A stretch of 64,000 nucleotides of DNA from Octopus sinensis (GCF_006345805.1 NC_043002.1:104594001-104658000), one strand, 5' to 3'; shown: positions 27,966-42,778, counted from the first letter of the stretch. Program-made: numbers and translations. The notes: generated by a model from the sequence alone, not told the origin.

Positions 27966-29521
27966 TATTATTATTATTATCATCATCATCATCATTATTA
28001 TTATCATTATCATCATTATCATTATTGTTTTTTTTATTATTCTCATTATTATTATTATCATTATCATCATTATCATTATTATTGTTATTATTATTATTAT
28101 TATTATTATTTCACTAGGAGGTCGCGATTTCTCTTGTATTGGCTAATATCGTAAGTGTAGACAACCACCTTTTGTTAATGGCGTCATATGATCTTTTTCC
28201 ATGATACGTAACATCCAAGCACCAAGTTCAAAATCTTTGCTCTCCCCAATAAAAAAGCACTCTGTGTATCTTATAACCTCCAGTTGATCCCAAAGTTTCC
28301 AACAAATTTCTGAAAGGTGTACGCCAACACACGGATATTGAATATCGGAATAACTATTGAAATATTTATTTAACAGAAGAGCAGAAGCACTTCCGGAAAT
28401 GATGAGACATCAATGGAAACCTTTTATAATTCGGACACATATAATCATACATTTGGCAACAGCAACAAGTTCATTCGACCATAGGAAAATAGTCCGAGAA
28501 TTTTAATGTGGGAAATAAAATATACAAATTTAGATGCGTTTAGATTCCACCCTAAATCTAACAGCCGCTTTCAAACAATAGATGTAGGTCATGGAGATAA
28601 AGAAACAAATGATGGATAGCACTCTGCATCCGAATAGAGTAAGTGTAACGATGTTACGGAGGCTTCTTGGATGCTTTCAACAGAAATTACCCTATGATTG
28701 GAACCAAATATCGCCAACATAACTGAGCAGATGGTACGCACGCATGCGTCTCTGGACAAGGAGTGTTCATGAAGGCAACTGAGTAAATGTCTAAACCGGC
28801 TGCGTATATTATTCGAAAATAATCACAGGGAAATGAAAGACGGACGCTGTTGGCTTTTCGAACATTATCCATTGTTTGAAAGATAATATTTTGCCCATAC
28901 TGAATTAACATTTATCAACATGGGTCTGGGCGGAGTATCTATCCAGAAAATACAACCTCGCCCTGCATCTAATGTGACAAAACGAATTGTGCTTGGTTTG
29001 CTCAATGATTTCATAAAAGCGATTATGATTATGACTTCGTCCTGAACACCATTATCGCCATTACTATAGCCATCTTCATCACCACTCTTGTCATGCCGTC
29101 ATCGTCATCTTCATTATTCTCACCATCGCTTTTGTCATCATCATCATCTTCGTCGTCGTCTTCGTCGCCGTCGTCATCATCGATGTCTACAACTACGATC
29201 GTTTATTACTGAACAAGTAGAATCAAATGGGTATATTAATAGGGGACACAACAAAATTGTTTGGTGAAGATGATGAGGAAAGAAAAAGAACCACGAAAGA
29301 AAGACAGAAAGAATAGAGACAATAGAGAAAGGAGGAGAATGAAATAAGAGCGAAAGTAGGAAATAAAGAAAGAATGAAAGAGAGAGAAAGAGAGAGAGGA
29401 TGAGGAGAAAGCAAGGCCAGACTTTTGCAGTGGATTAAATTGTCCATTAAAGACTTATCTTTGAATGAGTGACAAGCGAAGCTATTTCAGCCCAGCAACT
29501 TGTCAATATTGTTCAGCAGGT

Positions 29522-29623
29522 TTCCGGAAGTTTCTGCCGCCATGACGTCACCAAAGTTCGGTAAGCGCGAGCAGTGATGACGTCATAGCTGGTTAGAATT
29601 CTGTTTCTGGCTTTCTCGATTGG
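29522..29623. promoter_or_regulatory. Promoter/enhancer-like motif cluster (ETS/STAT, two CREs, inverted CCAAT)
   Basis: TTCCGGAAGT 29522-29531; TGACGTCA 29543-29550 and 29578-29585; GATTGG 29618-29623, all within 100 bp of unique sequence. Confidence 0.55.
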
Positions 29624-31018
29624 ACACAGCTAGAAAGCTATTTACATTTGCAAACATCAACAAAAGGATTACAACAACAACAACAATAACAATAACAACA
29701 ACAACATGCAATAAGTGATATGGTTTAAAATTTTGTCACAACGCCAACAATTCCAAGAGAGTATTGATCAACTGGTCCGTATTTTAATCGACCGTGAAAG
29801 GGTGAAAGGTAAAGACGACTTCGGCGGAATTTGAATTCCGTACGTAAAGTCGGACGAATGATATTTATCCAACCTTATCTCTAGCAGTCAAGGCGCTTAG
29901 TGTAAGCACATACAAGTGTTCTACAAGTGTTCTACGCAGAACAACGTGCCCACAACTTGATAACGACTCAGAATTTATTTTTCGTAACTCATTTTAAGTT
30001 TTGGAAACTCTGGTTACTATTTCAATCTCTGACCAAGCGTCTTCTAACATAATTTCTAAGTGAAATGTGATGGACAAACATTTACTGAAAGGCCGTCGAT
30101 GGACGAACATATTACCAGTTTCCGGGCAAGAAATCAGCGAAACAAATGCATCTTGGCTTTCCTCCGCCTGCCTCAGAAACGCCTAAAACCCTTAGAGGTG
30201 AGGTTTTCTTACGTCACTGGCTTTTATCACGTAAAATCATTTACATACATTCACATAAACAGTTACAACAGAAATACAAAAGCACAAACACACACACACA
30301 TATATATATATGGGGTGGGGGTATATATATATGCGTTTTGGACAAGGCTATAAATTTATAAGGAAGTGTTGAAGAGTTTCACTTGATTACATCAAACGAA
30401 GCTCTAAGATATTAGCTACAGTTTCATAGGATTTCTCAACCTAAAATAACAAAGGAAAGGTCAGCCCCAAGGCACTTAATAACCAAAAAGAACAAACGCA
30501 CGCACATATACATGCACATATACATAAACTTATATATATATATGTGTGTGTGTATGTGTGTATGTATGTATGTGTCACTATTGACATTCAACATGTACTT
30601 GAATCACCATAAATATACTACGAAGAGTGTTGCATGCACTGAAGTGCAACCTAATAGCTGCTTCACTAGCATATAGTACTTTTTCTACACTACATCGCAC
30701 TGACATTCTGCATCGGTATATGCATCAAAGACAACCGAAAGAATATGAAGAACAACAAAGGAACAGACCGATATTACAATATCATCAGTCTGTCACATCA
30801 AAATGGTTTCATCTCAGGAACATAAATCTATTTACAGTAGCAACAACGACGACAACAACAACAAAAACAACAAAAACAACAAAAACAACAAAAACAACAA
30901 CAACAATAATAACAATGACTACAACAACAATCGCAGCGTTATCAGCAAGAACCTTAATGTGAGAAAAAAGATAAACAATAAAAACAAAGAAAACAAGAGT
31001 AATAATAATAATAATAAC

Positions 31019-31052
<34 letters not shown>

Positions 31053-31053
<1 letters not shown>

Positions 31054-31408
31054 GTGGGGGAGCATCATAGCCGTGGGGGAGCATCATAGCCATGTGTTGA
31101 GAGGGATTCTTTAGGGTTTGAATAATTCACCTCTGGAAACATGGGTGGTTCTTTCAACATCCTTAAACAACCCTTATTCAGGGACCTTTTGAGCAGGATG
31201 GGCTACTCAACCTGAAGAAAATTCTAACTGGGCCCCACCTGCAAGGTCATGTGCTGTTTATTTTGATATGAGATCATCATGCCGCGCACATATGGTTGTG
31301 ATGCATGTGCCTGGTGTACCCTTATCAGACGGTAGTCATGATGGGTATACTGGGCTTCGTATATTTTACCCCAGTGTCACTTTGATGGCATGCAATGCTC
31401 TCTCATTC
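31053..31408 (+). mobile_element. Non-coding (TAA)n-anchored retroelement 3' part (family T)
   Basis: Four copies in the window; 3' end CTCTCTCA(T/C)TCAATAATAAT; no ORF. Confidence 0.75.
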
Positions 31409-31430
31409 AATAATAATAATAATAATAATA

Positions 31431-31465
<35 letters not shown>

Positions 31466-32450
31466 AATAATAATAATAATAATAATAAAAATAATGATGA
31501 TGATGATGATGATGATGAAAATAATAATAATAATAGCAGTAACTGTGGCAACGACCGCAAGACCAGTAGTAGCAGCAGCGACTGCAACGACTGCATTAAC
31601 AATAGTTAGTTTGACTACTACTACTACAACAACTAATACTACTAATACTGCTACCACACAATAATTATTACTACCACTACTACTAACTGTAACACCACAA
31701 CAAATGCTACTACATGTGGTAGTAGTTGCAGCAGCAGCAGCGGTTATGGGAGTAGTAGCAGCAGTAGCAGTTGTTGTAGCAGGAGCAGTAGTAGTAGTAG
31801 TTGTTGTTGTTGCCGTCGTTGTTGTTGTTGTTTTTGTTGTTGTTGCAGCAGTAGTAGTAATGGTGATGGTAGTAGTAGTAGTAGTAGTTGTTGTTGTTGC
31901 CGTTGTTGTTGTTGTTGTTTTTGTTGTTGTTGCAGCAGTAGTAGTAATGGTGATGGTAGTAGTAGTAGTAGTAGTTGTTGTTGTTGCCGTTGTTGTTGTT
32001 GTTGTTTTTGTTGTTGTTGCAGCAGTAGTAGTAATGGTGATGGTAGTAGTAGTAGTAGTAGTTGTTGTTGTTGCCGTTGTTGTTGTTGTTTTTGTTGTTG
32101 TTGTTTTTGTTGTTGTTGCAGCAGTAGTAGTAATGGTGATGGTAGTAGTAGTAGTAGTAGTAGTAGTAGCAGCAGCAGTGGCGGTGGTGGGGATGTAGTA
32201 GTAGTGGGGTAACAGTAGTAGTAGTAGTAGTGGTAGCAGTTGTAGACGTAGTGGCAGCAGTAGTACTAGTAGTAGTATTAGTGGTAACAGTAGTAGTAGT
32301 AGTAGTGGTGGTAGTAGCAGTTGTAGAAATAGTGGCAGCAGTAGTACTAGTAGTAGTAGTAGTAGTAGTAGCAGCAGCGGCAGTAACCGCAGCAGCAGTA
32401 GTAATAAAAGCAGTATTAGCAGCAGTAGTAGCAGCTACAGCAGCAGCAGC

Positions 32451-32496
<46 letters not shown>

Positions 32497-32711
32497 TAGT
32501 AGTAGTAGTAGTATACGATCCCTTATTATCAACAACGGCAATAGTTTCTGGTTTAACAACAGCAACAAGAACGAATTAAAAAAACAACAACAACAACAAT
32601 AATAACAATAACTACAACAACAATCACAGCGTTATCAGCAAGAACCTTAATGTGAGAAAAAAGATAAACAATAAAAACAAAGAAAACAAGAGTAATAATA
32701 ATAATAATAAC

Positions 32712-32746
<35 letters not shown>

Positions 32747-33101
32747 GTGGGGGAGCATCATAGCCGTGGGGGAGCATCATAGCCATGTGTTGAGAGGGAT
32801 TCTTTAGGGTTTGAATAATTCACCTCTGGAAACATGGGTGGTTCTTTCAACATCCTTAAACAACCCTTATTCAGGGACCTTTTGAGCAGGATGGGCTACT
32901 CAACCTGAAGAAAATTCTAACTGGGCCCCACCTGCAAGGTCATGTGCTGTTTATTTTGATATGAGATCATCATGCCGCGCACATATGGTTGTGATGCATG
33001 TGCCTGGTGTACCCTTATCAGACGGGTAGTCATGATGGGTATACTGGGCTTCGTATATTTTACCCCAGGTCACTTTGATGGCATGCACTGCTCTCTCACT
33101 C
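32747..33101 (+). mobile_element. Family T element, duplicated copy
   Basis: Near-identical to 31053-31408. Confidence 0.75.
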
Positions 33102-33126
33102 AATAATAATAATAATAATAATAATA

Positions 33127-33164
<38 letters not shown>

Positions 33165-34028
33165 AATAATAATAATAATAAAAATAATGATGATGATGAT
33201 GATGATGATGAAAATAATAATAATAATAATAGCAGTAACTGTGGCAACGACCGCAAGACCAGTAGTAGCAGCAGCGACTGCAACGACTGCTTTAACAATA
33301 GTTAGTTTGACTACTACTACTACAACAACTAATACTACTAATACTGCTACCACACAATAATTATTACTACCACTACTACTAACTGTAACACCACAACAAA
33401 TGCTACTACATGTGGTAGTAGTTGCAGCAGCAGCAGCGGTTATGGGAGTAGTAGTAGCAGCAGTAGCAGTTGTTGTAGCAGGAGCAGTAGTAGTAGTAGT
33501 TGTTGTTGTTGCCGTCGTTGTTGTTGTTGTTTTTGTTGTTGTTGCAGCAGTAGTAGTAATGGTGATGGTAGTAGTAGTAGTAGTAGTTGTTGTTGTTGCC
33601 GTTGTTGTTGTTGTTGTTGTTGTTGTTTTTGTTGCAGCAGTAGTAGTAATGGTGATGGTAGTAGTAGTAGTAGTAGTAGTTGTTGTTGTTGCCGTTGTGT
33701 TGTTGTTGTTTTTGTTGTTGTTGCAGCAGTAGTAGTAATGGTGATGGTAGTAGTAGTAGTAGTAGTTGTTGTTGTTGCCGTTGTTGTTGTTGTTGTTTTT
33801 GTTGTTGTTGCAGCAGTAGTAGTAATGGTGATGGTAGTAGTAGTAGTAGTAGTAGTAGTAGCAGCAGCAGTGGCGGTGGTGGGGATGTAGTAGTAGTGGG
33901 GTAACAGTAGTAGTAGTAGTAGTGGTAGCAGTTGTAGACGTAGTGGCAGCAGTAGTACTAGTAGTAGTATTAGTGGTAACAGTAGTAGTAGTGGTGGTGG
34001 TAGTAGCAGTTGTAGAAATAGTGGCAGC

Positions 34029-34064
<36 letters not shown>

Positions 34065-34911
34065 TGTATACGATCCCTTATTATCAACAACGGCAATAGT
34101 TTCTGGTTTAGCAACAGCAACAAGAACGAATTAAAAGAAACAACAACAAAAGAACACCGTGCATGACTGCTACAACGACAACAGGCAAATCATTAACAAC
34201 AACAACAACAACAACTAGATTAGCAACGACAACATCAAGAACAACAAGATGCAGAGATATATTGACAATAATATAAAACAACAACAACAACAGTAACTAT
34301 TAAAAAAAAAAACATATGCAAGAAATATAACAACAACATTAGGGAATATATGAAAATATATTTGCTATTCTACGGCAGCAGCTAAGCGCCAGAAACAACA
34401 ACAACCTCAGCAGCTGCAATGGCTGCGATATGGGCAACAACAACCAAGATGGAGATTCTGTGTTTCTCTTCTTTTTTTTTCTTCTTTTTTTTTTTTACAA
34501 GGAATAGCAGCCTCATCATCTGGTAATAATGTCCTATCGTTTTGAAAACAGAGCGAGCGGTACATTGAACATTGGATCCTAGGTACACTTAGACGGGAGG
34601 AGATTCCAAGGAGGACGCAGTGCTGGTCCTGGGGCTCACCATTAATATAATAGCACCGGGGATAATCAGACAACTAGTGACACCAGCAACATGAACAGCA
34701 CTGCAAGGACACGATGTATTTAAAAAAAATGAAGAGTGTCGACGAAGATGACAACAAAGAGAGCAACAACAGTAATAACAACGGCAGCCACAGCGACAGA
34801 GGTAGCAGCAGCAGCAGCAGCGGCATAAGCTACAGTGACGAACAGATGACAATTGGACATTATCCACGCCCGAATGAGATCAGGAAAACGTTAAGAGAGA
34901 TGGATGGATGA

Positions 34912-35295
<384 letters not shown>

Positions 35296-35380
35296 AGCAC
35301 GGCAGACATACAGAGATAGAGTGACAGTGAGACAGACAGATGGACGGAAATGCAAAGAGTGAGACACAGAGAGAGGAACT

Positions 35381-35448
35381 TATAAGAGCGTGAAGATGGC
35401 GGCGGCGGCGGCGGTTGATTTTAATGTAATGGCTAGAGCGCATGCGCA
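35381..35448. promoter_or_regulatory. Core-promoter-like cluster (YY1 and NRF1 consensus)
   Basis: AAGATGGCGGC 35393-35403 with (GGC)n; GCGCATGCGCA 35438-35448; TATAAG at 35381. Confidence 0.55.
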
Positions 35449-35973
35449 GATGCAAGCTTCTCGAAAACAACAGATTGTGAACGCCATTAGAAGTTGATGG
35501 ATATTAAGAACTAAGTATGATGAAGGAAACGGAGTATGGCGTTCTGAAGAAACAAGATTTGTTAGCAGTGGAGTGGAAAACGACGAAGTCGGTGTTGGTG
35601 GGGCGGAGATAGAGAACTGTGGTGCTGTGAGGGTTGGGGCTACGATGGGTGTGTCGGTCTGGTGTCGGGTGGTGTACGAGGCAAATATAATAAAGGTATT
35701 GACAATATCGATAAAAGTATGGCTTCGAAATTCTATAAAATATTGCTCACGCTTTTAATAGAAAGGAGAGAAAGGCAGAGATATTTCTGTTGAATAGGAG
35801 AGAATATTAAAGCAAAATGGTGGATGTATGTTGAGATACAGACCGAAATATTTCGGTGAAGAAAAAGAAGAAAAAGCGAGAAATAGCAAAACAACGATAA
35901 AAGAAAATAATAATAAATAAAGCTATTACATATGTGCGTGTATGTGTGTGTATGAATATATAGGTACGTATAT

Positions 35974-36033
<60 letters not shown>

Positions 36034-36054
36034 GTATATATATATATGTGTGTT

Positions 36055-36099
<45 letters not shown>

Positions 36100-36226
36100 A
36101 TAGAGAGAGAGAGAGAGAGAGAGTAAAGTCTATTCGCCAACGTATATACCTTATACAACTATTTCGTAATATTGTACATGAAAAATGTTCGTATTCGCCT
36201 TTTATTATATACAAGGCCAAGGCCAT

Positions 36227-36257
<31 letters not shown>

Positions 36258-36351
36258 GCTACTGCTACTGCTGCTGCTGCTGCTGCTGCTGCTATTACTG
36301 CTGCTGCTACCCTTACCACCACAACTGGTGCTTCTGCTGCTGCTGCTGTTG

Positions 36352-36396
<45 letters not shown>

Positions 36397-36414
36397 ATAA
36401 TAATAATAATAATA

Positions 36415-36450
<36 letters not shown>

Positions 36451-36750
36451 CGATGATAATAATAACAAAAGAAGAAGAAGAAGAAGAAAAAAAGAAGAAG
36501 AAGAAGAAGAAGAAGAAGAAGAAGAAGAAAAGAAGAAAAGAAGAAGAAGAAGAAGAAGAAAAGAAGAAGAAGAAGAAGAAGAGCGGAAGGACAATAACAT
36601 TTCTTCGTTATTTTCATATTCCGTCTTTTTCCTGTTTCCAATCCTCCTTCCCCTCCTCCTCCTTCCCCCACTGATTATAATCATCTTCCACTTTTACGTT
36701 TCATTTCTCCTCCTCCATTTCAAAGGCATTGCCGTCATCATCTTCATCGG

Positions 36751-36795
<45 letters not shown>

Positions 36796-36819
36796 TGTCG
36801 CCGGTAGAAGGGGAGCAGC

Positions 36820-37420
36820 TAAAATGCCTAGCGGTGTTTATTACTTGTCATCTTTTCACTGAGTTCAAATTCCATCGAAGCGAAATTTGACTTTCATCCT
36901 TTCCAAGTCGATAAAAAATATATTAAGAATCAAAAACTAGAATCGATGTTATCGATTAACTCTTTCCCTTCAAAATAAGAAATCAATAAGGGTGAGGAAT
37001 TGGCGGAATTCTTATCACCCCTGATAAAATGCTACACTGAATTTTGTCCGTCTTTACGTCCTGAGTTCAAATTCTGACGAGGTACAACTTTGCAATTTTT
37101 CATTACAGAGTCGACAAAACAAGTAACAGTTGAGCCACTGGGGTGGATGTAATCGACCTCACCCCTACCCGAGCCTTGCTGTCCTCGTGCCAAAATTTAA
37201 ATCCATGATAATTTCCGTGGCAGGGTTGCTAGAGCGTCAGACGAAGTGCTTTGCAGCAGTTCTTTCCACTCTCTACGATTTGAACTCATATCCGCCATAG
37301 TCAACTTCATTTTTCATCCTTTCACCGGCGATAAAATAAAGTACGAGTCAAAGATGTAAATCCCCTTGCGCGTCCCGCTTCGAAATCATTGGCCTCGTTA
37401 GAAAATTAGAAGGAATTCTT
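36820..37420 (+). mobile_element. Three consecutive degenerate SINE family A copies
   Basis: GAGTTCAAATTC..TTTCATCCTTT..GATAAAA-like centres at about 36860, 37065 and 37310. Confidence 0.7.
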
Positions 37421-37459
37421 CCTATTTTATTTCACATACGCACAATAGATCAAACTGGT

Positions 37460-39712
37460 GGAAACGAAATGTTCCTAAAATCGGGCTACAAGAAACCTTA
37501 GATGCCGACAACCTTTCTAATTATTCTAGCTAACTCTTATAATACTGTTCTCTAGAGCAGCACTTAACTAGGCTTTACCCTTATTCTTCCCTATCCATCT
37601 TTTCAAATCATTAGCGATAAGATATGTATCTACAGGCAAACATTTTACCCGCACTTTCCATAGCTTCTATAACTCAATGGCGAGGTCCTGGTATCTTGCA
37701 AATTTCCATATATCTCTCACATTGACCTTCCCGTCATTTGGGTCTACAAACTCAATAACCTCACACTTTTAATAGTCTTTATATCCTAATATTACAACTA
37801 AATCAGCCTTTCTAGCTTCTATTTCTCTGTCAGTATTAATGTTAAAGTTCCCCAACATCTTATATATCTGATTTTATAGCATATTCCTAGATTCAGATTC
37901 ATATCATTTATGAGTATGGTGAAGTTCTAGATTTATACGTGAGTCTTTCGTAAGGTTTTCGTGTCTTTTCTTGTTTTCTTTCTATTCATTCACTTACGAT
38001 GGGAGGAACGGTTTCCTCTTTCAATTTACATCGACTTCATCGTGAATCTAGCTTGGTTTTTGTTTACCTTGGCTTTTATCTAATTACTCCTCTACTTAGT
38101 TCCACGCAGTCTTCTACTGATATTAACCCACAACCACCTTCCTTTCTAGGTGAGTACAATCTTGCTATTCATGCTCTTGAGCGAAGTCCTCCATTCCTAT
38201 TTAATTCCTTCCTAGTACTTCTGTCTATATTAGTTAATTCAGATTTTGTCCAATGTACAAACGCTATTGAATTAGCTAAGTAACAAAACTACCCAAGTAT
38301 TTACATCATTCACTGGATTCGGACTATTTCGCTTTGACCTCTTCAGCTTCCTCAAAATTTTAATGTCGTCTTTTTCAATTTTCGCTTTCATTTCTATAAT
38401 TAGTGCTGTGTCGGATTCTTATACTGCTACATACATATGAGTCTCTGCTTCTTGCACAGATTTTAATGTCTGGTCATCTGGTAATCGGATGCATTCACTG
38501 TTGACTATCTGTCCCTTTTTTCGTGACTAATATTGCACACTTATCTATGTCAAATTCTTTGAGTGTATCTTTGCTAAAAAGTCTTATAGTTTGTATTAAG
38601 GAATCTATCACTTTTTCATTGTTACTATAAAGCTTCAGATCATCCGTACAGAGCAAATGGTTCGTTTTTCTTTTACCATTTCTGAACTGATATCCTGCCT
38701 TTGCTTTCCTTAGTACTTAACTGAGGGAGATTAAACATAAGCCAACTATGAAAGAGAATAACGAGTCTCCATGGAAACTTCCTCTCTTGATATCATCTTA
38801 CCCTAAGGTTGTGTCACCTGAGTAGAGATTTAATTTCCATTTCTTCATGCTGAAGTTAATTAATTATCTTATGCTCTCTGCAATGCTGAATATAGTCAAA
38901 CATTCACTTATCCATGAATGTGGGATCCTATACTAGGCCTTCTGATAATCTACCTATGTTATTGTTAAGCTTTTATTTCTAGATTTCACTTCTTTTAGAA
39001 CTGCTTTGTCTATGTGTAATGCTTTCCTCTAGCCTTCTTTATGAAATCTTTCTGCGTTTCTGGCAGCAAATTCTAGCTGTCCCGTTGATCGTAAATTCTA
39101 TCTGAAAGCATTCCCGTTAACAGCTTCCACACTAATTGTAAGCAAGTGATTGGTCTATACTTACTATCTATATTACCCTTGATTAGGTTTTTCCTACGGA
39201 GTACTGTCATCTGATCAGGTATTACTCATTTATTAAGCCAATTCTCAGTCTCCTTTGTATCTTTCTTAAACTATTACACTTGAACTAAATCTGCACTTAA
39301 GCCCTTTCAATTCGCCATCTTCCTAAAACCTTTCTCATTAATGCGCCGAATTAGTTTCTCATTAACTTCTGCTCTTACTTTCTTTAACTATGCTGAATCT
39401 CCATCATCATTGACTGGCTTATTGAAAATGTGAATCCAGAACTTTCTAGATTGTTCTGCATTAGTTTTCTCATCTTCAGTTGTTTCTTCTCCACGATTTA
39501 TTTGACTATAAAATCTCAACTGGTCTCTTTCAAAGAATCTGTTCTGTTGATATTGATCTATTCTTTTCTCATATCTAGAATGCTTACCTGCAATCGCTAT
39601 GATACGATGTTCCCACTCTTCCATGATAATACCAAATCCTTTCTACTTGACTGAAAAGATTTTCGCAGTGGAGATATAAATCGTGTGATTCAAAACTTGT
39701 TCTGTTTCCAAA
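37460..39712 (-). mobile_element. Decayed R4/Dong-clade LINE with RT remnants
   Basis: RYEKRIDQYQQNRFFERDQLRFY, KYRPITCLQLVWKLLTG, DYQKA..IPHSWISECL, IKRGSFHGDSL, NHLLCTDDLKLY; many stops and deletions. Confidence 0.8.
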
Positions 39713-39724
39713 TTATTATTATGA

Positions 39725-40283
39725 TTGACTAAGAGAGCAGCACAGGCCATCAAAGTAGCACTGAGTTAAAATGTACGAAGTCCAGCATACACATCAAGAC
39801 TACCCGTCTGATAAGAGTACACCAGGCACATGTATCACAACCATATGCGCGCAGACTTGGTAATTTCGTATCACGATAAACAGCAAATGACCTTGCAGGT
39901 GGGGCCCAGTTAGAATTTTCTTCTGGTCGAGTAAACCTATCCCGCTCAAAAGGTCCCTAAATAACGGTTGTTTAATGATGTTGAACGACCCAGCCAAGTT
40001 TTCAGAGGTGAATTATTCAAATCGCCAAGAATCCCTCTCAAAACATGGCTATAATGCACCACACTACCTCTGCTCCTGACTAGAGATGCACATATTCTCA
40101 GTCACTAAGGCATATTCTCAACTGGTTAAAGACAGGTAACTGACAAGGAAATCTGTGGTATTGAGCAGAATATTTGTGGAAGCAATATATTTTATACCAA
40201 CACAAAAATAGTATACATGATAACACTTTCAATCAGTTAAGATCAGAAGCTTTGAAAGCCAGTGCCTGCTAATTCATCAGGGC
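39725..40283 (-). mobile_element. Family T element, longest copy (about 560 bp)
   Basis: Reverse complement of 31053-31408 plus about 200 bp of extra 5' sequence. Confidence 0.75.
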
Positions 40284-40337
<54 letters not shown>

Positions 40338-40359
40338 CATCACAACCACCACCACCACC

Positions 40360-40392
<33 letters not shown>

Positions 40393-40739
40393 TCATCATT
40401 ATCATTATTATTATTATTTTATTATTATTATTATTATTGTTCTTGTTGTTGTTATTTTTCATTATATCATCACCATCATCATCATCCTTATTATTATTAC
40501 TATTATTAAGTAGAAGAAGAAGAAGAAGAAGAAGAAGAAGAAGAAGAAGAAGAAGAAGAAGAAGAAGAAGAAGAAGAAGAAGAAGAAGAAGAAGGAGGAA
40601 GAGGAGGAGGAGAAGAAGCAGAAGGAGGAGGAGGAGAAGAAGAAGAATTTCAATTATTATTGTCATTTCAATTCTCAGAGCTCCCGATTTCACTATTTCC
40701 AGCTAATTCTGCATGAACAAGCAACCGTTGTCAATGATC

Positions 40740-41065
40740 AAACATGGTCCTCCACAATACGCACCTCAAAAATACCCACCTCACCATTTTCACTGTTCCC
40801 AAAAAAGCAACTTTCTGAGCATGTTCTACCCTTTTATGAAATCCAATTTTTTCCAATAAATGTCTCAAAATTGGTCGTTAACGTTCCCAGTTCCCCTACA
40901 ACTAATGGGATCTCAGTTACTTTCTTCATTGCCCACATTCATTCAATCTCACATTTAGTGGCTTTTCCTTGTCCATCCTTACCAGTTCTTTATCAGCACC
41001 ATGCTTATCAACGCGAACTTCCGCAGCTATAAAAATATCTATGATATTGGTTTCCTTCATGAATT
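40740..41065 (-). mobile_element. Decayed R4/Dong RLE C-terminal fragment
   Basis: EIE*MWAMKKVTEIPLVVGELGT resembles the 21470-21870 peptide. Confidence 0.55.
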
Positions 41066-41082
41066 ATTCATATTATTATTAT

Positions 41083-41452
41083 TGAGTGAGAGAGCAGTGC
41101 ATGCAATCAAAGTGACCCAGTGGCAAAATATACGAAGCCCAATATACCCATAATGACTAACCATCTGTTATGGGTACACCAAGCACATGCATCACAACCA
41201 TATGTGCGCGACATGGTGATCTCATATCAAGAGAAACAGCGCATGACCTTGCAGGTGAGGCCCAGTTATAATTTTCTTCCGGTTGAGTAACCTATCCTGC
41301 ACAAAAGATCCCTGAATAAGATTTGCTTAAGGATGTTGAACGAAACACCCATGTTTCCAGAAGTGAATTATTAAAACCCCAAAGGATTCCTTTCAACACA
41401 TGGATATGATGCTCCTCCACTACTTCTGCTCGTGATCACAGATACACATATC
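41083..41452 (-). mobile_element. Family T element
   Basis: Reverse complement of 31053-31408; 3' end abuts an (AAT)n tract. Confidence 0.75.
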
Positions 41453-41499
41453 GCAACTCTCGACTTCACTCTACACCGCTGAAGCCCCCCTGTGTATGT

Positions 41500-42778
41500 C
41501 CATTTATATTGTGGTACAGTCCATTAGGAACCAACCAATGGGGGTGTTCTACTTCCACATAACAGGTGCTAGATCCGAACTTCGGTGTTCTCACTGTTTG
41601 TCTGTATGGAAGCCAAAGATCCAGAGGATCTGTACCTTCTCCTTTTTGTCCATTAAATTTTTCCGGTGTACGTTACTCTTTCTGCGCAAGACTTTCGCAA
41701 GCTCTAACAATGTGAGTATGCTTTCGACCCTCTTCCTGCACATTCTGCAGAGGTTCGTTGCAGTTGTGTTGTATATATCTCTTTTTGGCGAGTTAGTATC
41801 CAATGCCTGGACCTGGGCAGTGAATATTAGGATTTCAGTCTTACATTAACTGTTACATTAACCACTAACGTCTGGCTTTGTGTTAGAAATGATGCTCAAG
41901 AAGCCCGCTTTTAGGTCACATTGCTTTGGGTTCAGTGCCGCTGTGCGGCATATTCAGCAAGTGCCATGTGCTATGCTACGGGCTAGCCAATATCTTGTTA
42001 TTGAATTTAGTAGACCAAAACTGTGCTCGTGCTCTTGTATTTGTCACTCCTTTAAACCTTGACAACCGGTATTGGTTTATTTATGTTCAAGTAACTATGC
42101 GATTTAGTAGAACAGACACCTATAAAATAGGTGCCAATTTTTCTTAAAAAACGTTACTGGTGCCATTTGTTCGAATAAACACTTTAAGGTCACCCTTGCT
42201 GAGCCACTTCCATGACGCTTACCTTCATAGTGGAACTGACCGTGTAATTCCATGTGAAGTAGAATTTCCTCTCATTCAATGGCCATTCGTGATCGCAATT
42301 CATTCGCTCTCTCAAGTTCGTTACCAGTAAAACATTCTGCATTAAAAGAATAATGTAGGTCTTGTTTCCTGTTTACCAAATACTCTGCCACGTTTCTTCT
42401 TTCATTCTTGGTGTACTCCCGTACGCTGATCCGGCCAAGTCCACATTCACACCCCTTCGTGTAGAACATATGTACGGTCACTTTAGGTTGGGGGTACACC
42501 ATGCATTGTCAACGTCCTTCCAATAGTGCTACCGAGTTGGTCAATCTCCACTCGTGTCTATTTCAGAACCGGGTGCACTATATCGAACCACAGCAACAGC
42601 CCATAAGGTGATGGCAGTCACAGTGTCCCTTGCTTGAATTTTGACTTCAAGAAAAGTTTGAAGTGCTTCGAATAGGCAGTGGTGATCTTGCCTTTCATTT
42701 CTCTGCAGATACTGTCAAGCTCAAGGACCGCCAGCTACTTGCATCCATCATCCTCCGAGACTTCCATTCGCTCTCCGT
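41500..42778 (-). mobile_element. Decayed, rearranged R4/Dong-clade LINE fragment
   Basis: YTKGCECGLGRISVR, LHGQF..WKWLSKGDLK, QVQALDTN..CRMCRKRVESI, VQILWIFGFHTDK; 5' end in (TAA)n. Confidence 0.7.

Larger units (their letters stand above)
30891..34135. repeat. Direct tandem duplication (about 30891-32580 and 32581-34135)
   Basis: Unique anchors (CAGCGTTATCAGCAAGAACC, the 350-bp element, TATACGATCCCTTATTATCAAC) each occur twice in the same order. Confidence 0.95.

Noticed and set aside
41570-41582. TAGATCCGAACTT matches part of miR-100
   Set aside because: No seed, no hairpin, and it lies inside a LINE remnant.
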